NCBI GenBank assembly: GCA_964202905.1
Contig: CAXNJO010000008.1
Location: forward strand, 64,001 to 128,000
Direction: 5' to 3'
DNA length: 64,000 nt
DNA from: Polyangiales bacterium
Lineage (GTDB): Bacteria > Myxococcota_A > Polyangia > Polyangiales > JADJQN01
The notes under the pieces were generated by a model that saw only the letters and a program-made list of their open reading frames with translations, did no database searches and was not told where the DNA came from. Positions 13,513 to 23,403 of the stretch are shown in pieces (position 1 is the stretch's first letter; each line of letters opens with the position of its first letter). A program made the position numbers and the translations under genes.

Positions 13513-13923
13513 GTGACCGTCGAGAAACCTCCTCGCAAGACCATCCGCGTCGTCGCTGCCGTCGTCGAGCGCGATGGTCGCTACCTCATCACGCAGCGTC
13601 GGCCGACGGCGGTGCTCCCGCTTCTCTGGGAGTTCCCCGGCGGACGCAGCGAGGAGGGCGAGTCCGACGGTGAGGCGCTGGCGCGCGAGGTGCTCGAGCG
13701 CCTCGGCGCATCCATCGGCGTGGGGCAGCTCATCTCGTTCGTGAGCCACCCCTACGAGAGCTACACGGTCGACTTGTACCTCTACGAGTGTCGCCTGCTG
13801 AGCGAGGCCCTCGAGGTGCGCGCCGTGAACGCATACCGCTGGGTCACGTCGTCGGAGTTCGATCAGTACCCGTTCACGCCCGCCGACGAGGCCTCGATGA
13901 CCCAGCTCCTCGGAGAGCCATGA
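13513..13923 (+). CDS. NUDIX hydrolase, MutT/NudG-like
   Basis: WEFPGGRSEEGESDGEALAREVLERLG Nudix box. GTG start. Confidence 0.88.
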   Translation: MTVEKPPRKTIRVVAAVVERDGRYLITQRRPTAVLPLLWEFPGGRSEEGESDGEALAREVLERLGASIGVGQLISFVSHPYESYTVDLYLYECRLLSEALEVRAVNAYRWVTSSEFDQYPFTPADEASMTQLLGEP

Positions 13924-14429
13924 CCTCGCGCATCGCCTTGATTTCCCTGCTTGCGCTCGTCGGCTGCGCCCCGAGCGCGCCCGTCCCCGCTGCGGCCGAG
14001 CCCGCTCCGGCCGCGCCCGCGGTGCAGCCCGCGCCCGCCGTGCCACCGACGGCCGCAGGCGGCCCGCGGACGTTCGGGGCACCGCTCGCCGGGGCGGCCG
14101 CGCTCACGGCGCTCACGGACATCACCGCATCGCCGGAGCGCTTCACGGAGCAGGTCGTCCGCACCGAGGGGACGATCGCGCGCGTCTGTCAGGCGATGGG
14201 GTGCTGGATGGAGCTGCAGGCCGGCGCCGCGGCCCCGGCCGTGCGTGTGCCGATGGCGGGGCACGCGTTCTTCCTGCCGAAGGACGTCGCGGGCCGTCAC
14301 GCGGTGATCGAGGGGCGCGTCGCCCTGCAGGAGCTCTCCCCCGAGGCGCGCGCGCACCTCGCCTCCGAGGGGGCGGTCGCGGTCGCGTCCGCGCTCTCGA
14401 TTGCCGCGACCACCGTCGTCATCGACTGA
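13920..14429 (+). CDS. DUF4920-like lipoprotein
   Basis: Lipobox LVGC. VCQAMGCWMEL and FFLPKD..G...VIEG motifs. ATGA overlap with the upstream gene. Confidence 0.75.
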   Translation: MTSRIALISLLALVGCAPSAPVPAAAEPAPAAPAVQPAPAVPPTAAGGPRTFGAPLAGAAALTALTDITASPERFTEQVVRTEGTIARVCQAMGCWMELQAGAAAPAVRVPMAGHAFFLPKDVAGRHAVIEGRVALQELSPEARAHLASEGAVAVASALSIAATTVVID

Positions 14430-14430
14430 G

Positions 14431-15246
14431 ATGGCGAGCGCCGCGCCGTCTGCGTGCCCGAGCTGCGGGACGGCCATCCCCGGTGGCGCTGGGCAATGTC
14501 CCGGGTGCCGCAAGGTCTTCGGCGAGGACAACCGCTGCGGCGCCTGTCATGCCGTCGCAGGGGTGTTCGCGCGTGGCGGCGCCTACGCATGCGCGGCGTG
14601 CGGCGCAGCGCGCGAGCGGCTCGCGGGGACGGTCGTGCTCGGCGGGAGCGTCCCTCCGATGGGGCCCGCGGCCGCGGTTCGCAGCGTCGCCGCGCCCGCG
14701 TCTCTCGCGGTGCCGGCGAGCCGGGGAGGCGCGGCGCGCGTGAGCGCGGTCGTGCTGCGCGTCTTCGCGGCCGGTTCGCTCTTCGGCGGCGCGGTGGGGG
14801 CTGCCCTGCTCGGCTTCCTCGTCGATGGCGCGCCCGGCGTCGCGCTCGCGGGGCTCGTCGGCGCCGCGGGGCTCGGGGTCGCGGCGCTCGCGTGGCGCGG
14901 CGGGGGGGCCCAGGCGCGCGCCGCCGCCGACGAAGAGCGCGCCGCCCGGGAACAGGCGGTGCTCGCGCTCGCCGCGCGAGAGTCGGGCGTGCTCACGGTG
15001 ACGCAGACGTCGCGGGCGCTCGGCTGGTCGACGACGCTCGCCGATTCGGTGCTCACGGCGATGGCGGACGGCACGCGCGTCTCGGTCGAGATCGACGACG
15101 AGGGCGTCGTGCGCTGGCACTTCCACGAGCTCGGGGGAGGGGAGGCGCTGCGCGTCCGGGTCGCTGCGTCCGCGCTCGCCGAGGACGCGTTCGCGGACGC
15201 AGAGGCGCAGGACGTCGATGCGCGGGGCGGTGGCGCGCGTCGATGA
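14431..15246 (+). CDS. Membrane protein with multiple zinc-ribbon CxxC pairs and a C-terminal winged-helix-like region
   Basis: Four CxxC motifs, two transmembrane helices, then VEIDDEGVVRWHFHEL. Confidence 0.65.
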   Translation: MASAAPSACPSCGTAIPGGAGQCPGCRKVFGEDNRCGACHAVAGVFARGGAYACAACGAARERLAGTVVLGGSVPPMGPAAAVRSVAAPASLAVPASRGGAARVSAVVLRVFAAGSLFGGAVGAALLGFLVDGAPGVALAGLVGAAGLGVAALAWRGGGAQARAAADEERAAREQAVLALAARESGVLTVTQTSRALGWSTTLADSVLTAMADGTRVSVEIDDEGVVRWHFHELGGGEALRVRVAASALAEDAFADAEAQDVDARGGGARR

Positions 15247-15421
15247 TCGGCGCGCGAACGCGTCCCAACGCGCGGTGGCCGGCGGGCGGAGGCGCCGCGT
15301 GTCGGACGTGCGCTGGGTTGCGCGGGGCCATGCCGCGAATCCGCGCAGGGCCCGTGACGCGGTTTCCGCGCGGCGCCGCTTCGTGTAGCCTGCGCCGTCC
15401 CCGACACCCGCGGAGTTTCAC

Positions 15422-15847
15422 ATGAGCACGATCCAGGACCGAATCATGGTGATCACCGACCTCCTGCTCGGCGCGGCCCACGCCGACGACAAGCTCGCGG
15501 GTCAGGAGGAGGCCGCGGTGCGGCGTCTGCTGAGCGGCCTGCTCGACGGCGCGTCGCTCTCCGGTGCGGTGGACGCGCGGATCAAGGCCTTCCCAGCAGG
15601 GACGTTCGATCTCGCCGCGACCGCCGCGGACTTCGTGAAGGATCCGCCGATCCAGAAGCGCAAGCTGCTCGAGCTCGTCGCGGCGGTGAACGACGCGGAT
15701 GACGTGCTCGACCTCGGCGAGGACGAGTACCTCGTCAAGCTCGCGAAGAGCCTCGGGATGGCGCCCGACGAGTACGCCGATCTCGCGCTCGACGTCGAGG
15801 TCGAGTCGCTCAAGGCCTCGCTCGAGGCGCTGCGCGCGGGAGGCTGA
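15422..15847 (+). CDS. TerB-family protein
   Basis: AAHADDKL..QEE and AVNDADDVLDLGEDEYL..LAKSLG TerB-type acidic metal motifs. GGAG RBS. Confidence 0.8.
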   Translation: MSTIQDRIMVITDLLLGAAHADDKLAGQEEAAVRRLLSGLLDGASLSGAVDARIKAFPAGTFDLAATAADFVKDPPIQKRKLLELVAAVNDADDVLDLGEDEYLVKLAKSLGMAPDEYADLALDVEVESLKASLEALRAGG

Positions 15848-15856
15848 CCGTCCGCG

Positions 15857-16441
15857 TCAGGCGAGCACCTCGCCCGTCGCCGGCGGGACCTCGCCGGGGG
15901 GCGCGGCGACGCACTGCGACAGCGCGATCACCTCGATCAGCACGACGCGGTAGACGTCGTCGAGCTGCTCGAGGTCGGCGTGCTCACCGGCGACCTCGAG
16001 CGCCTCGTGCAGATGTTGCTGCACGAAGTCGAGCACGGCGGGCTGACCCATCGCGACGACGTCGTCGCTCTCGAGCACCTCGTCCGCGGCGTCCGCGCGG
16101 AGGGCCTCGTCGGTCTGCAGCGAATCGACGGCGGCGGAGAGTGCGTCTTCGTCGATCTCCGCGAGCCGCGTCGGGAACGCCTCGCGGAAGATGAGATACA
16201 CCGCGACGACGAGGAAGTAGCCGAGGGATCGCGCGACGTCGTCCTTGCGGGCCGCGATCTCGCGCGAGAGGAAGGCGGCGAGCGCGGGGTGCTTGCGGTC
16301 GAGCTCGCGGTAGCCACGGTCGAGCGCGGGCTCGAGCCCGGTGCCTGCGTCGAGCGCGAGTTCCACGCGCTCGATGCTCGACTCGTCGACGACCGCGTGC
16401 GCGGCGACCGGTCGGATGGCGGCGCGCTGGAGGAACTGCAC
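15857..16441 (-). CDS. Hypothetical acidic helical protein
   Basis: Protein-like ORF with a GTG start 6 nt after a TG-n-TATGCC element. Confidence 0.7.
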   Translation of the reverse strand: MQFLQRAAIRPVAAHAVVDESSIERVELALDAGTGLEPALDRGYRELDRKHPALAAFLSREIAARKDDVARSLGYFLVVAVYLIFREAFPTRLAEIDEDALSAAVDSLQTDEALRADAADEVLESDDVVAMGQPAVLDFVQQHLHEALEVAGEHADLEQLDDVYRVVLIEVIALSQCVAAPPGEVPPATGEVLA

Positions 16442-16522
16442 GCGCCGGGCATAGCACGGGCCCGCTTCATGGGGCGCGCGGGCGCGGATGCGGGGCGTGC
16501 CGGCGCGCGGGAAGGTCCGGGC

Positions 16523-17356
16523 CTACTCGTCGTAGAACATCGGGGCGCGCTTGCGGATGAAGCGCAGGATCAGCTCGCGCGTCTCGTGGGGCAGGCCGGC
16601 GCCGAACTGCACACCGAGACCGGGCTCGGCGTCCGCCGCGAAGTCGAGGGGGTCGCGCATGAAGCGCACGAGGCCCTCGACCTTGGTCTCGAAGCCGCCG
16701 GGGAGGGTGATCGTCACGAGCACGCGCTGACCGCGCTCGAGCGCGGTGTATGTCGCGATGAAGACGCCGCCCTCGGCGATTTCGCCGGAGAAACCGACGA
16801 AGAAGTTCGACTCGGTCGTCGCGCCGATGTTCGCCTCGAGCTCGGCGCGCGGCAGGTCGTGGCGCGCCGCGACGGGGGCGGCCGAAGGACGGTAGGGGGA
16901 GTGCGGCGCGGTCGATGCTGGGGGCTGGACGGACGCAGGCTGGGCCTGCGGCACGCCGTCGAAGCGCGGCACGGGCGCGGCCTGGGGGAACTGCGGCTGG
17001 GCGAAGTTCACCGGGGCGGGCGGCGCCTTCGAGGGTACGGCGGTGAGCGGGAAGAGCGCCGACATCACGCGCGCGATGGACTCAGTAGCCGTCGCGATGC
17101 CGGGGTGCTGCGAGCGCACCTCCTGCAAGAGCGCGAGCGTCTGGCTGAGGAAACCGAGCGCCGCGCGGACCTCCTGCTTGCCCGCCGACTCGTCGGCGGC
17201 CTTCTCCGCGTTGAACAGCGACCCGACCGCTCGGGCCATGTTCTGCGCGACGTTCAGGATATCCTGCGGGATGTTGGGGTCACCCTGGAGCGCTGCCAGC
17301 GCCTGACCCAGGTTCTCCCTCGCTCCGCTCGCCGTGCTTGCCCCCGAGTAGCTCAT
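16523..17356 (-). CDS. TIGR02266/PilZ-like domain protein with N-terminal helical bundle
   Basis: SNFFVGFSGEIAEGGVFIATY, PGLGVQF and FIRKRAPMFYDE. GGAG RBS. Confidence 0.8.
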   Translation of the reverse strand: MSYSGASTASGARENLGQALAALQGDPNIPQDILNVAQNMARAVGSLFNAEKAADESAGKQEVRAALGFLSQTLALLQEVRSQHPGIATATESIARVMSALFPLTAVPSKAPPAPVNFAQPQFPQAAPVPRFDGVPQAQPASVQPPASTAPHSPYRPSAAPVAARHDLPRAELEANIGATTESNFFVGFSGEIAEGGVFIATYTALERGQRVLVTITLPGGFETKVEGLVRFMRDPLDFAADAEPGLGVQFGAGLPHETRELILRFIRKRAPMFYDE

Positions 17357-17529
17357 CAGTCGGTGTCTCCTGTGGTCCCGGACCCCCGCAACCGCGGGCG
17401 ATGATAGCGATCGGTCGCGCGTGCGCCAACCCGAATCGCGTCGAGGCGCCCCGGCTTCTGCGGGGCAGTGCGTGCCTGCGCCCACCTCGTGTCAGCATCG
17501 GCCGGGGTGAGCAAGGTGGGATGGCGTGG

Positions 17530-17967
17530 TCAGAGCGCCCGCGTGAAGACGATGCGCGCGCGCCCCTCGCCGGCGTACGAAGGATCCTCGTCGACCTGGA
17601 AGCCGAGCGCCTCGTGGAAGCGCACCGAGCCCTCGTTGCCGACGGTCGTGATCGCCTTGACGCGCTCGGCACCGGCACGCTGCGCGCGCTCGGCGAACTG
17701 GGCGTACAGCAGCTTGCCGACCGCGCGTCGGCGATGCTCCGGGTGGATGCCGACGAGGTGTACGTAGCCCGTGCGCGGCGTGCCGCTCGTGATGAACCCG
17801 AGCAGGAAGCCGACGAGCACGCCGTCTTCCTCGGCGATGAGCGCGTGCTCGCCGAGCTCGTAGAAGAAGACGGGGTGGGCGCGCTCTCCCGCCGGCCCGC
17901 CCCACCAGCGATCGAGGACCGACGTGATCGCGTCGAAGTCGCGCTTGGTGATGCCGCGGGTGATCAT
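17530..17967 (-). CDS. GNAT-family N-acetyltransferase
   Basis: VHLVGIHPEHRRRAVGKLLY and NEGSVRFHEALGF motifs. Confidence 0.9.
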   Translation of the reverse strand: MITRGITKRDFDAITSVLDRWWGGPAGERAHPVFFYELGEHALIAEEDGVLVGFLLGFITSGTPRTGYVHLVGIHPEHRRRAVGKLLYAQFAERAQRAGAERVKAITTVGNEGSVRFHEALGFQVDEDPSYAGEGRARIVFTRAL

Positions 17968-17985
17968 GACGCCCGGCGGTCGAGG

Positions 17986-18255
17986 CTACTGGAACATCGG
18001 GCCGGGGTCGATGGGGCCGTAGCGCTCCTCGTGCTGCGCGATCGTCTCGCCGAGCACGGCGTGGAAGCGCTTGGCGTGCTGCGGGGACACGAGCAGCCGC
18101 GCGAGCAGCCAGCCCGTCGCGCCCTGCACGAACGCGAAGTCGATCACGAACGAGTCGTGGGTGCTGCCGACGTGCGCGAGGTTCGAGAAGCGGCCCTTCG
18201 CCGTCTCGTCGTCGGCCTTGATGGTGTAGGGCGGCATCGGGGGCTTGGGGTCCAT
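17986..18255 (-). CDS. DUF3467-family protein
   Basis: GRFSNLAHV..FVIDFA..ARLLVSPQHAKR..YGPI. Confidence 0.85.
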   Translation of the reverse strand: MDPKPPMPPYTIKADDETAKGRFSNLAHVGSTHDSFVIDFAFVQGATGWLLARLLVSPQHAKRFHAVLGETIAQHEERYGPIDPGPMFQ

Positions 18256-18275
18256 GGCGTCTCCGGGCGCGTGGT

Positions 18276-18989
18276 ATGGATCGACGCCTCGCCGTGCGCC
18301 CGCCCCCGACTGCCGTCCTCTTCTGTCCGTTCTGCCGCGAGTCGTTCGAGGGCGAGGCGCGCTGTCCCGAGCACGAGCTCGCGCTCGTCCCCTTCGAGCG
18401 GCTCCCAGGCGCCGCGAGCGCGGACGCGGTGCCGCGTGACGACGAGCGGCTCGGCACGTTCGATCTGCGCTTCGGCCGCGGGCTCGTGGGCGCGGGCGCG
18501 CTGCTCGCGATGATCGGGTTCCTCTGCCCGATGGGCACGATCACGGCAGCGGGTCAGACGCTGCTCGTCACGGGGCCCTCGATCGCCGTCACGCACGCGC
18601 CGACGCTCTGGGTGGTGCCCGGCGTCGGCGTCGCGTCGCTCCTGCTGCTCGCGCAGCGGCGCACGCTGGCGCGGATGCGCGCGATCCGGCTCGTCGTACC
18701 GCTCCTCGCGTGGGGCGTGCCGATGTCGGCGTGGTCCGCCGCGCGGCGGCTCGATCGCTGGGCGGCGCAGATGCACGTCGGCGACGCGCAGGCGGTCGCG
18801 CACCTCGGGTGGGGCCTCGCCGTGCTCGGCCTCGCGACGCTGCTCCTCATGGTCGGGGGGCTGCGTCTCGGGGTCGTCGCGGCGCCCGCGACGCTGCCGC
18901 ACGGCGCCGAGCCGGACGCGATGCGCGAGGGGATCCGCGTCGATCCGCGCGACGATCGACCCGGTGGTTCGCGGGGCGACCCGCGCTGA
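18276..18989 (+). CDS. Membrane protein with N-terminal CPxC..CPEH zinc finger
   Basis: FCPFCRE..CPEH and four hydrophobic segments. The start could instead be GTG at 18294. Confidence 0.7.
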   Translation: MDRRLAVRPPPTAVLFCPFCRESFEGEARCPEHELALVPFERLPGAASADAVPRDDERLGTFDLRFGRGLVGAGALLAMIGFLCPMGTITAAGQTLLVTGPSIAVTHAPTLWVVPGVGVASLLLLAQRRTLARMRAIRLVVPLLAWGVPMSAWSAARRLDRWAAQMHVGDAQAVAHLGWGLAVLGLATLLLMVGGLRLGVVAAPATLPHGAEPDAMREGIRVDPRDDRPGGSRGDPR

Positions 18990-18998
18990 CGCGCTGCG

Positions 18999-21293
18999 TC
19001 AAAGCACGAGGTCGAGCCGCAGGCTGGCCTTGAGCGTCACGCTGCGCTCGCGCTCGGCGAGGCGCCCTTCGAGGTCGAACGCCTCGCGCCACACGAGGAA
19101 GAGATCGCTGCCTGGCAGGAAGCGCCAGCGCGCCCGGAGCATGGCGATCGCGGTGTCCGAGACGGTGTTGAGCTGCCCGATCAGGTCGAAGGCGAGGCGC
19201 GGCGTCGGCGCGATCGTGAGCGAGCCGTTGACGGTGAGCGTGCGCGCGGGCGGCGCGCCCGGGAGCGCGATCCACGCGGCGACGAGGCTCTCGACGAGCT
19301 TCACGTGGGGGCCGAACGACACGCTCGCGTCCGTCGAGAGCAGGTGTTGCGTGCCGCCGAAGAACGCGTTCGAGAGCTCGTAGTAGGCGCTCGCGGTGGG
19401 GTTGCGACCCGTCGGCGCCGAGACGAAGGCGCGCAACGTCGCGCCGCGGTACGTGCCCGCGTCGACCGAGAGCCCCGGCAGCAGCTCAAAGGGCGCGTCG
19501 ACGACGTCCTCCTCGTAGTCGGCGCCGAGCGCGAGATCCCAGCCGCCGCGCGTCGTCAGGCCGAGATCCCAGGAGCCCTTGCTGCCGACGCGGCGCGACA
19601 GGTCTTCGCTGGCGATCAGCGTGCCGGCGAGCCCGCCGCTCCAGCTCCGCAGCCACGGCGTGAGCACGCGGTGGATGAAGGGCACGGAGAGGCGCGTCTG
19701 CGCGATGTCGCGCCGGCGCACGAAGCCGAGCTCGGGGCGGAAGTCGCGCGACACGAAGAGCGTCGAGAGCTCGGGCTGCAGGAGCTTGCCGCGGTACTTC
19801 ACGGCGAGGCGCGCCGCGCTGCCCGTGCTCGCCGCGCCCGGTCCGAGCGCGTCGGGCGGCGGCGCGGGGGCCTCGCGCGCCGTGTAGGACGCGAAACCGG
19901 AGAGCTCGAGGCGCTCGTCGGCGAGCCGGACGAGCGCGTCGCCGCCGACGGCGTAGTGGGGCTCGGGGTCGTCGGGCGTCGGCGCGTCGCGCCCGCCGAG
20001 CGGCACCCAGGTGCGCGAGCCGAACATCGCGCCGACGTAGGACGAATCGCCGAGGTTGTGCCGCACGCGCACGACGCCCTGGTTCGCCGCGGGCTGCGCG
20101 GGGGCGTCGTCGGTGAGCACGTCGAGCACGCCGAACGCGGTGCGCCCGACGCGGCCGTAGGACTTGACGCCCGCGAGGAGCGGGATGGCGCGGCCGTCCG
20201 CGTCGAGGCCGAGGCGCCGCGTGAAGAAGAGCTGCGCGACGCCGGGCTCGCCGAACTCGAACACGTCGACGCCGGAGAGAAAGAAGGGCCGCCGCTCGGG
20301 GAAGAAGAGTGGGAAGCGGTCGAGGTTGATGCGCTGATCGTCGAGGTCGACCTCGGCGAAGTCGGTGAGCACGGTGGCCTCGGCCCACACGTCGTCGGCG
20401 ACGCGCAGGCGCACCTCGCCGCCGAGCGCGGGCGTGAAGCCGTCGCCGCGCGCGTCGCGCTGATAGCGGCCGAGCGCGAAGGGGATGAGCACGAGCGGGC
20501 GTCCCCCGCCGAGCCCGCGCACACCGTGCAGCTCGCCGTAGTGCAGCGCGGAGAACGCGCCCATCTCGGGCGGCATCGGGGTCCAGTCGTCCGTGGCGAG
20601 GCGCGCGTTGTGATCGCGCGAGATCTGCAGGCCGAGGACGCGCTCCGCGTCGCCGCGCGGCAGTCCGAGCGCGGCAGCGGGCAGGCGGAACTCGGCGGTC
20701 CAGCGCGTCGCCTCGACCGTCGTCGCGACCTCCCACACCGCGTCGAACTCACGGCGGAACGAGCGCCCGTTGTCGATGGCGACGTAGTCGAGCTGCGCGC
20801 CCTCGGGGTTCGTCACGAAGCCGACCGTGTTGCGGTGATCGTGGCGGACGTCGAGCTTCACGCTGACGGCGTCGTCGTCGAAGATGCGGAAGTCGTCGCG
20901 ACGCAGCTCGAGCGCGCGCGGTTCCTCGCCGGGCAGGAGCGCCATCTCGAGGCCGACGTAGAGCGCGTCCTCGTCGACGAGCACGCGCAGGACGGTGTCC
21001 GCGGGGGGCGCGGCGCCGGGGATGGGCGTCCGCTCGACGAAGCCCGTGCTCGCGGGCGCGTCGCGCCACGGGGCCTCGTCGAGGCGCCCGTCGATCGCGA
21101 TCGGCGCGGTGCCGCGGGGGTGTGCACGCAGCACGCGTCGCGGCGCAGGGGCTTCCTGAGCGCGGGCGCCCGAGGCGACGGGCGCGAGGCAGAGCGCGGC
21201 CGCGAGGGACGCGGCGACCCACGCCGCGCGGCATGCCGAGGGGGCCGCGCGCGTCGCGTCTCGGGAGCGGGCCGCGGGCACGCGCGGGCTCAA
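18999..21293 (-). CDS. CBM9-like plus DUF5916 outer-membrane protein
   Basis: Signal peptide, IDGRLDEAPW, DFAEVDLD..INLDRFPLFFPERRPFFL, FFTRRLGL. Confidence 0.85.
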   Translation of the reverse strand: MSPRVPAARSRDATRAAPSACRAAWVAASLAAALCLAPVASGARAQEAPAPRRVLRAHPRGTAPIAIDGRLDEAPWRDAPASTGFVERTPIPGAAPPADTVLRVLVDEDALYVGLEMALLPGEEPRALELRRDDFRIFDDDAVSVKLDVRHDHRNTVGFVTNPEGAQLDYVAIDNGRSFRREFDAVWEVATTVEATRWTAEFRLPAAALGLPRGDAERVLGLQISRDHNARLATDDWTPMPPEMGAFSALHYGELHGVRGLGGGRPLVLIPFALGRYQRDARGDGFTPALGGEVRLRVADDVWAEATVLTDFAEVDLDDQRINLDRFPLFFPERRPFFLSGVDVFEFGEPGVAQLFFTRRLGLDADGRAIPLLAGVKSYGRVGRTAFGVLDVLTDDAPAQPAANQGVVRVRHNLGDSSYVGAMFGSRTWVPLGGRDAPTPDDPEPHYAVGGDALVRLADERLELSGFASYTAREAPAPPPDALGPGAASTGSAARLAVKYRGKLLQPELSTLFVSRDFRPELGFVRRRDIAQTRLSVPFIHRVLTPWLRSWSGGLAGTLIASEDLSRRVGSKGSWDLGLTTRGGWDLALGADYEEDVVDAPFELLPGLSVDAGTYRGATLRAFVSAPTGRNPTASAYYELSNAFFGGTQHLLSTDASVSFGPHVKLVESLVAAWIALPGAPPARTLTVNGSLTIAPTPRLAFDLIGQLNTVSDTAIAMLRARWRFLPGSDLFLVWREAFDLEGRLAERERSVTLKASLRLDLVL

Positions 21294-22222
21294 GCCTCGG
21301 GGGCCGTCGCGCCGGCCTTCTCGAGGGTCGCGAAGAAGGCGCGCTCGAGCGTCTGCACGAAGGGCGCGAGGTGCCGGATCTGCACGCCGGCCTCGAGCGC
21401 GACCGTGAGCACGAGGTCAGCGGAGGCGCCCGCGGGGACCCGCACCTCGAGCGTCGAGCCGCTGCGCGTCACCACGCAGCCCGCGAGCGAGAGCGGATGC
21501 CGCAGGCGCTCGGGGTCACCCTTCACGCGGACCTCGAAGAGGCCCGCCTCCGTCGCGACGAGGGGGGCGAGCGCGCCCGCGTAGAGGACGTCGCCCTGCG
21601 CGACGACGACGACCTGATCGCACGTCTTCTCGACGTCGGGGAGGATGTGCGTCGAGAGGATCACGCTCGCGCCGGTGCGCGCGGGGATGTCGAGGATGAG
21701 CGCGAGCATCTCGTCGCGGCCACGCGGATCGAGGCCGCTCGTGGGCTCGTCGAGGAGGAGCAGCTTGGGGTCGCCGACGAGCGCCTGCGCGAGGCGGGCC
21801 CGCTGGCGCATGCCCGTCGAGAAGCCGCCGAGCTTGCGGTAGCGCGCCTCGCCGAGCCCGACGTAGTGCAACACCTGGTGCGCGCGGCCGGTCGCCTCGC
21901 TCTGCGGGAGGCCGCACAGCTCCGCGGCGAAGGTCGCGTATTCGAGCGCGGTGAGCTCGGGCATGACGCTGTCGCCCTCGGGCATGTAGCCGATGCGCGA
22001 GCGCACCTCGAAGGGGCTCCGCGCGACGTCGAGGTCGAACACCTTGACCGAGCCGGAATCGAACGGGAGCAGCCCGAGCAGCGTCTTCAGAATCGTGCTC
22101 TTTCCCGCGCCGTTCGGGCCGAGCAGGCCGATGCGCCCGGGCTCGAGGGTCAGCGAGACCTCCTTCAACGCGCGCAGCTCGCCGTACCTCTTCTCGACGC
22201 GATCCAGCTCGACGAGCGCCAT
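21290..22222 (-). CDS. ABC transporter ATP-binding protein
   Basis: Walker A GPNGAGKS, FSTGMRQR signature, LLLDEPT, STH. No adjacent permease. Confidence 0.93.
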   Translation of the reverse strand: MALVELDRVEKRYGELRALKEVSLTLEPGRIGLLGPNGAGKSTILKTLLGLLPFDSGSVKVFDLDVARSPFEVRSRIGYMPEGDSVMPELTALEYATFAAELCGLPQSEATGRAHQVLHYVGLGEARYRKLGGFSTGMRQRARLAQALVGDPKLLLLDEPTSGLDPRGRDEMLALILDIPARTGASVILSTHILPDVEKTCDQVVVVAQGDVLYAGALAPLVATEAGLFEVRVKGDPERLRHPLSLAGCVVTRSGSTLEVRVPAGASADLVLTVALEAGVQIRHLAPFVQTLERAFFATLEKAGATAPEA

Positions 22223-22326
22223 GCGCGGCCGACCCTAGCCGGGGGCGCGCGCGCGTTCAAGGAGCCCGCCGGGCACGCCGCGCCGCAAGTTTGACCGCCC
22301 GATCGTCCGGGTGGACGCTCCCAGCC

Positions 22327-23373
22327 ATGCGCCGTCCCGTGCTCACCGCTGGCCGCTCCCATGTCCGCGCCGCCGTGCGCCTCGCCGTGTGCGCGCTGCC
22401 GCTCGCGGCCTCGCTCCTCGGCGCCGCGACGCCGGCCCGCGCAGGGGAGGCCGTCGCGCTCGCGGACATCGCCGCGGTGCACCGCGCGTGTCGCACCGCG
22501 TCGGGGCCCGGCGCGCGCTCGCTCTACGCCGTCGACGTCGCCGCGGGGAGCTGGCGCTTCGGCGGCCTGCAATTGAACGAGATCGCGAGCAGCGACGCGA
22601 GCGAGGTGACCGTCGCGGAGGGCGGCACGCTCTTCGTCGACACGCAGCACAACCTGCGCATCGTGGGCGGCCGCGCGGAGCTGCTGCCGGCTGGGCTCGA
22701 GGCGATCGGCTTCACGGTGAGCCGTGAGCGCGCGCGGCTCCTCGAGCAGGCCCGCGGCGCGGGCGCGACGCTGCGGGTCGGGTTCTTCCTCGGCATGGAC
22801 GGTCGCGACGGCACGCTCTGCGTCGTGCGTTCGGCGGTGGCCGTGAGCCTCGTGCGCGCGGAGGTCGCCTTCCTCGAGGTCGTGTCCGCGGACGGACGCG
22901 TGATCGCGCGCGAGGACACGGAGCGCCTGCGCGCGGTGCGCGACGACGACGGCGAGGCGTCCGTCGAGGGCCCGCACGCGACGATCGGCGTGCCCTACGG
23001 CGCGACGGTGCCCGCGAGCTGGGAGGCGGCGCTCGTCGCAGCGCCGCGGGGCCCTGTGGGGCGCGCGCTCGCGGCATGCCACGCGGCGGGCCTCGCGCGG
23101 GGGGCTGCGCGGGACGGGAGCGTCGTCGTGCGGCTCGAGGTGTCGGCGCGGAGCGGCATCGTGCGCGCGGCCGAGGTGGAGATCGCCGCCAACGACGACG
23201 AAGCCGAGGCGGCGTGCATCGTGCGCGCGCTGCGGGGCGCGTCACTGCCGCCGCTCGCGGAGGCGCGCGAGGACCGCGCCGTCGTCCTCAGCGTGCCCGT
23301 GCGTCTCGGTGGTGAGGTTCGCGAGGTGTCCGCGCGTGCGCCGCGCGAGGCGGCTGCGGTCGTGGCCCCCTGA
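22327..23373 (+). CDS. Secreted protein with C-terminal AgmX/PglI-like domain
   Basis: Signal peptide ending ARA. C-terminal ACH..GL..DGSVVVRLEV..ACIVRAL. Confidence 0.6.
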   Translation: MRRPVLTAGRSHVRAAVRLAVCALPLAASLLGAATPARAGEAVALADIAAVHRACRTASGPGARSLYAVDVAAGSWRFGGLQLNEIASSDASEVTVAEGGTLFVDTQHNLRIVGGRAELLPAGLEAIGFTVSRERARLLEQARGAGATLRVGFFLGMDGRDGTLCVVRSAVAVSLVRAEVAFLEVVSADGRVIAREDTERLRAVRDDDGEASVEGPHATIGVPYGATVPASWEAALVAAPRGPVGRALAACHAAGLARGAARDGSVVVRLEVSARSGIVRAAEVEIAANDDEAEAACIVRALRGASLPPLAEAREDRAVVLSVPVRLGGEVREVSARAPREAAAVVAP

Positions 23374-23403
23374 GCCGCCGCGTGCGGCGCGTGCCGCGCG
23401 CCG

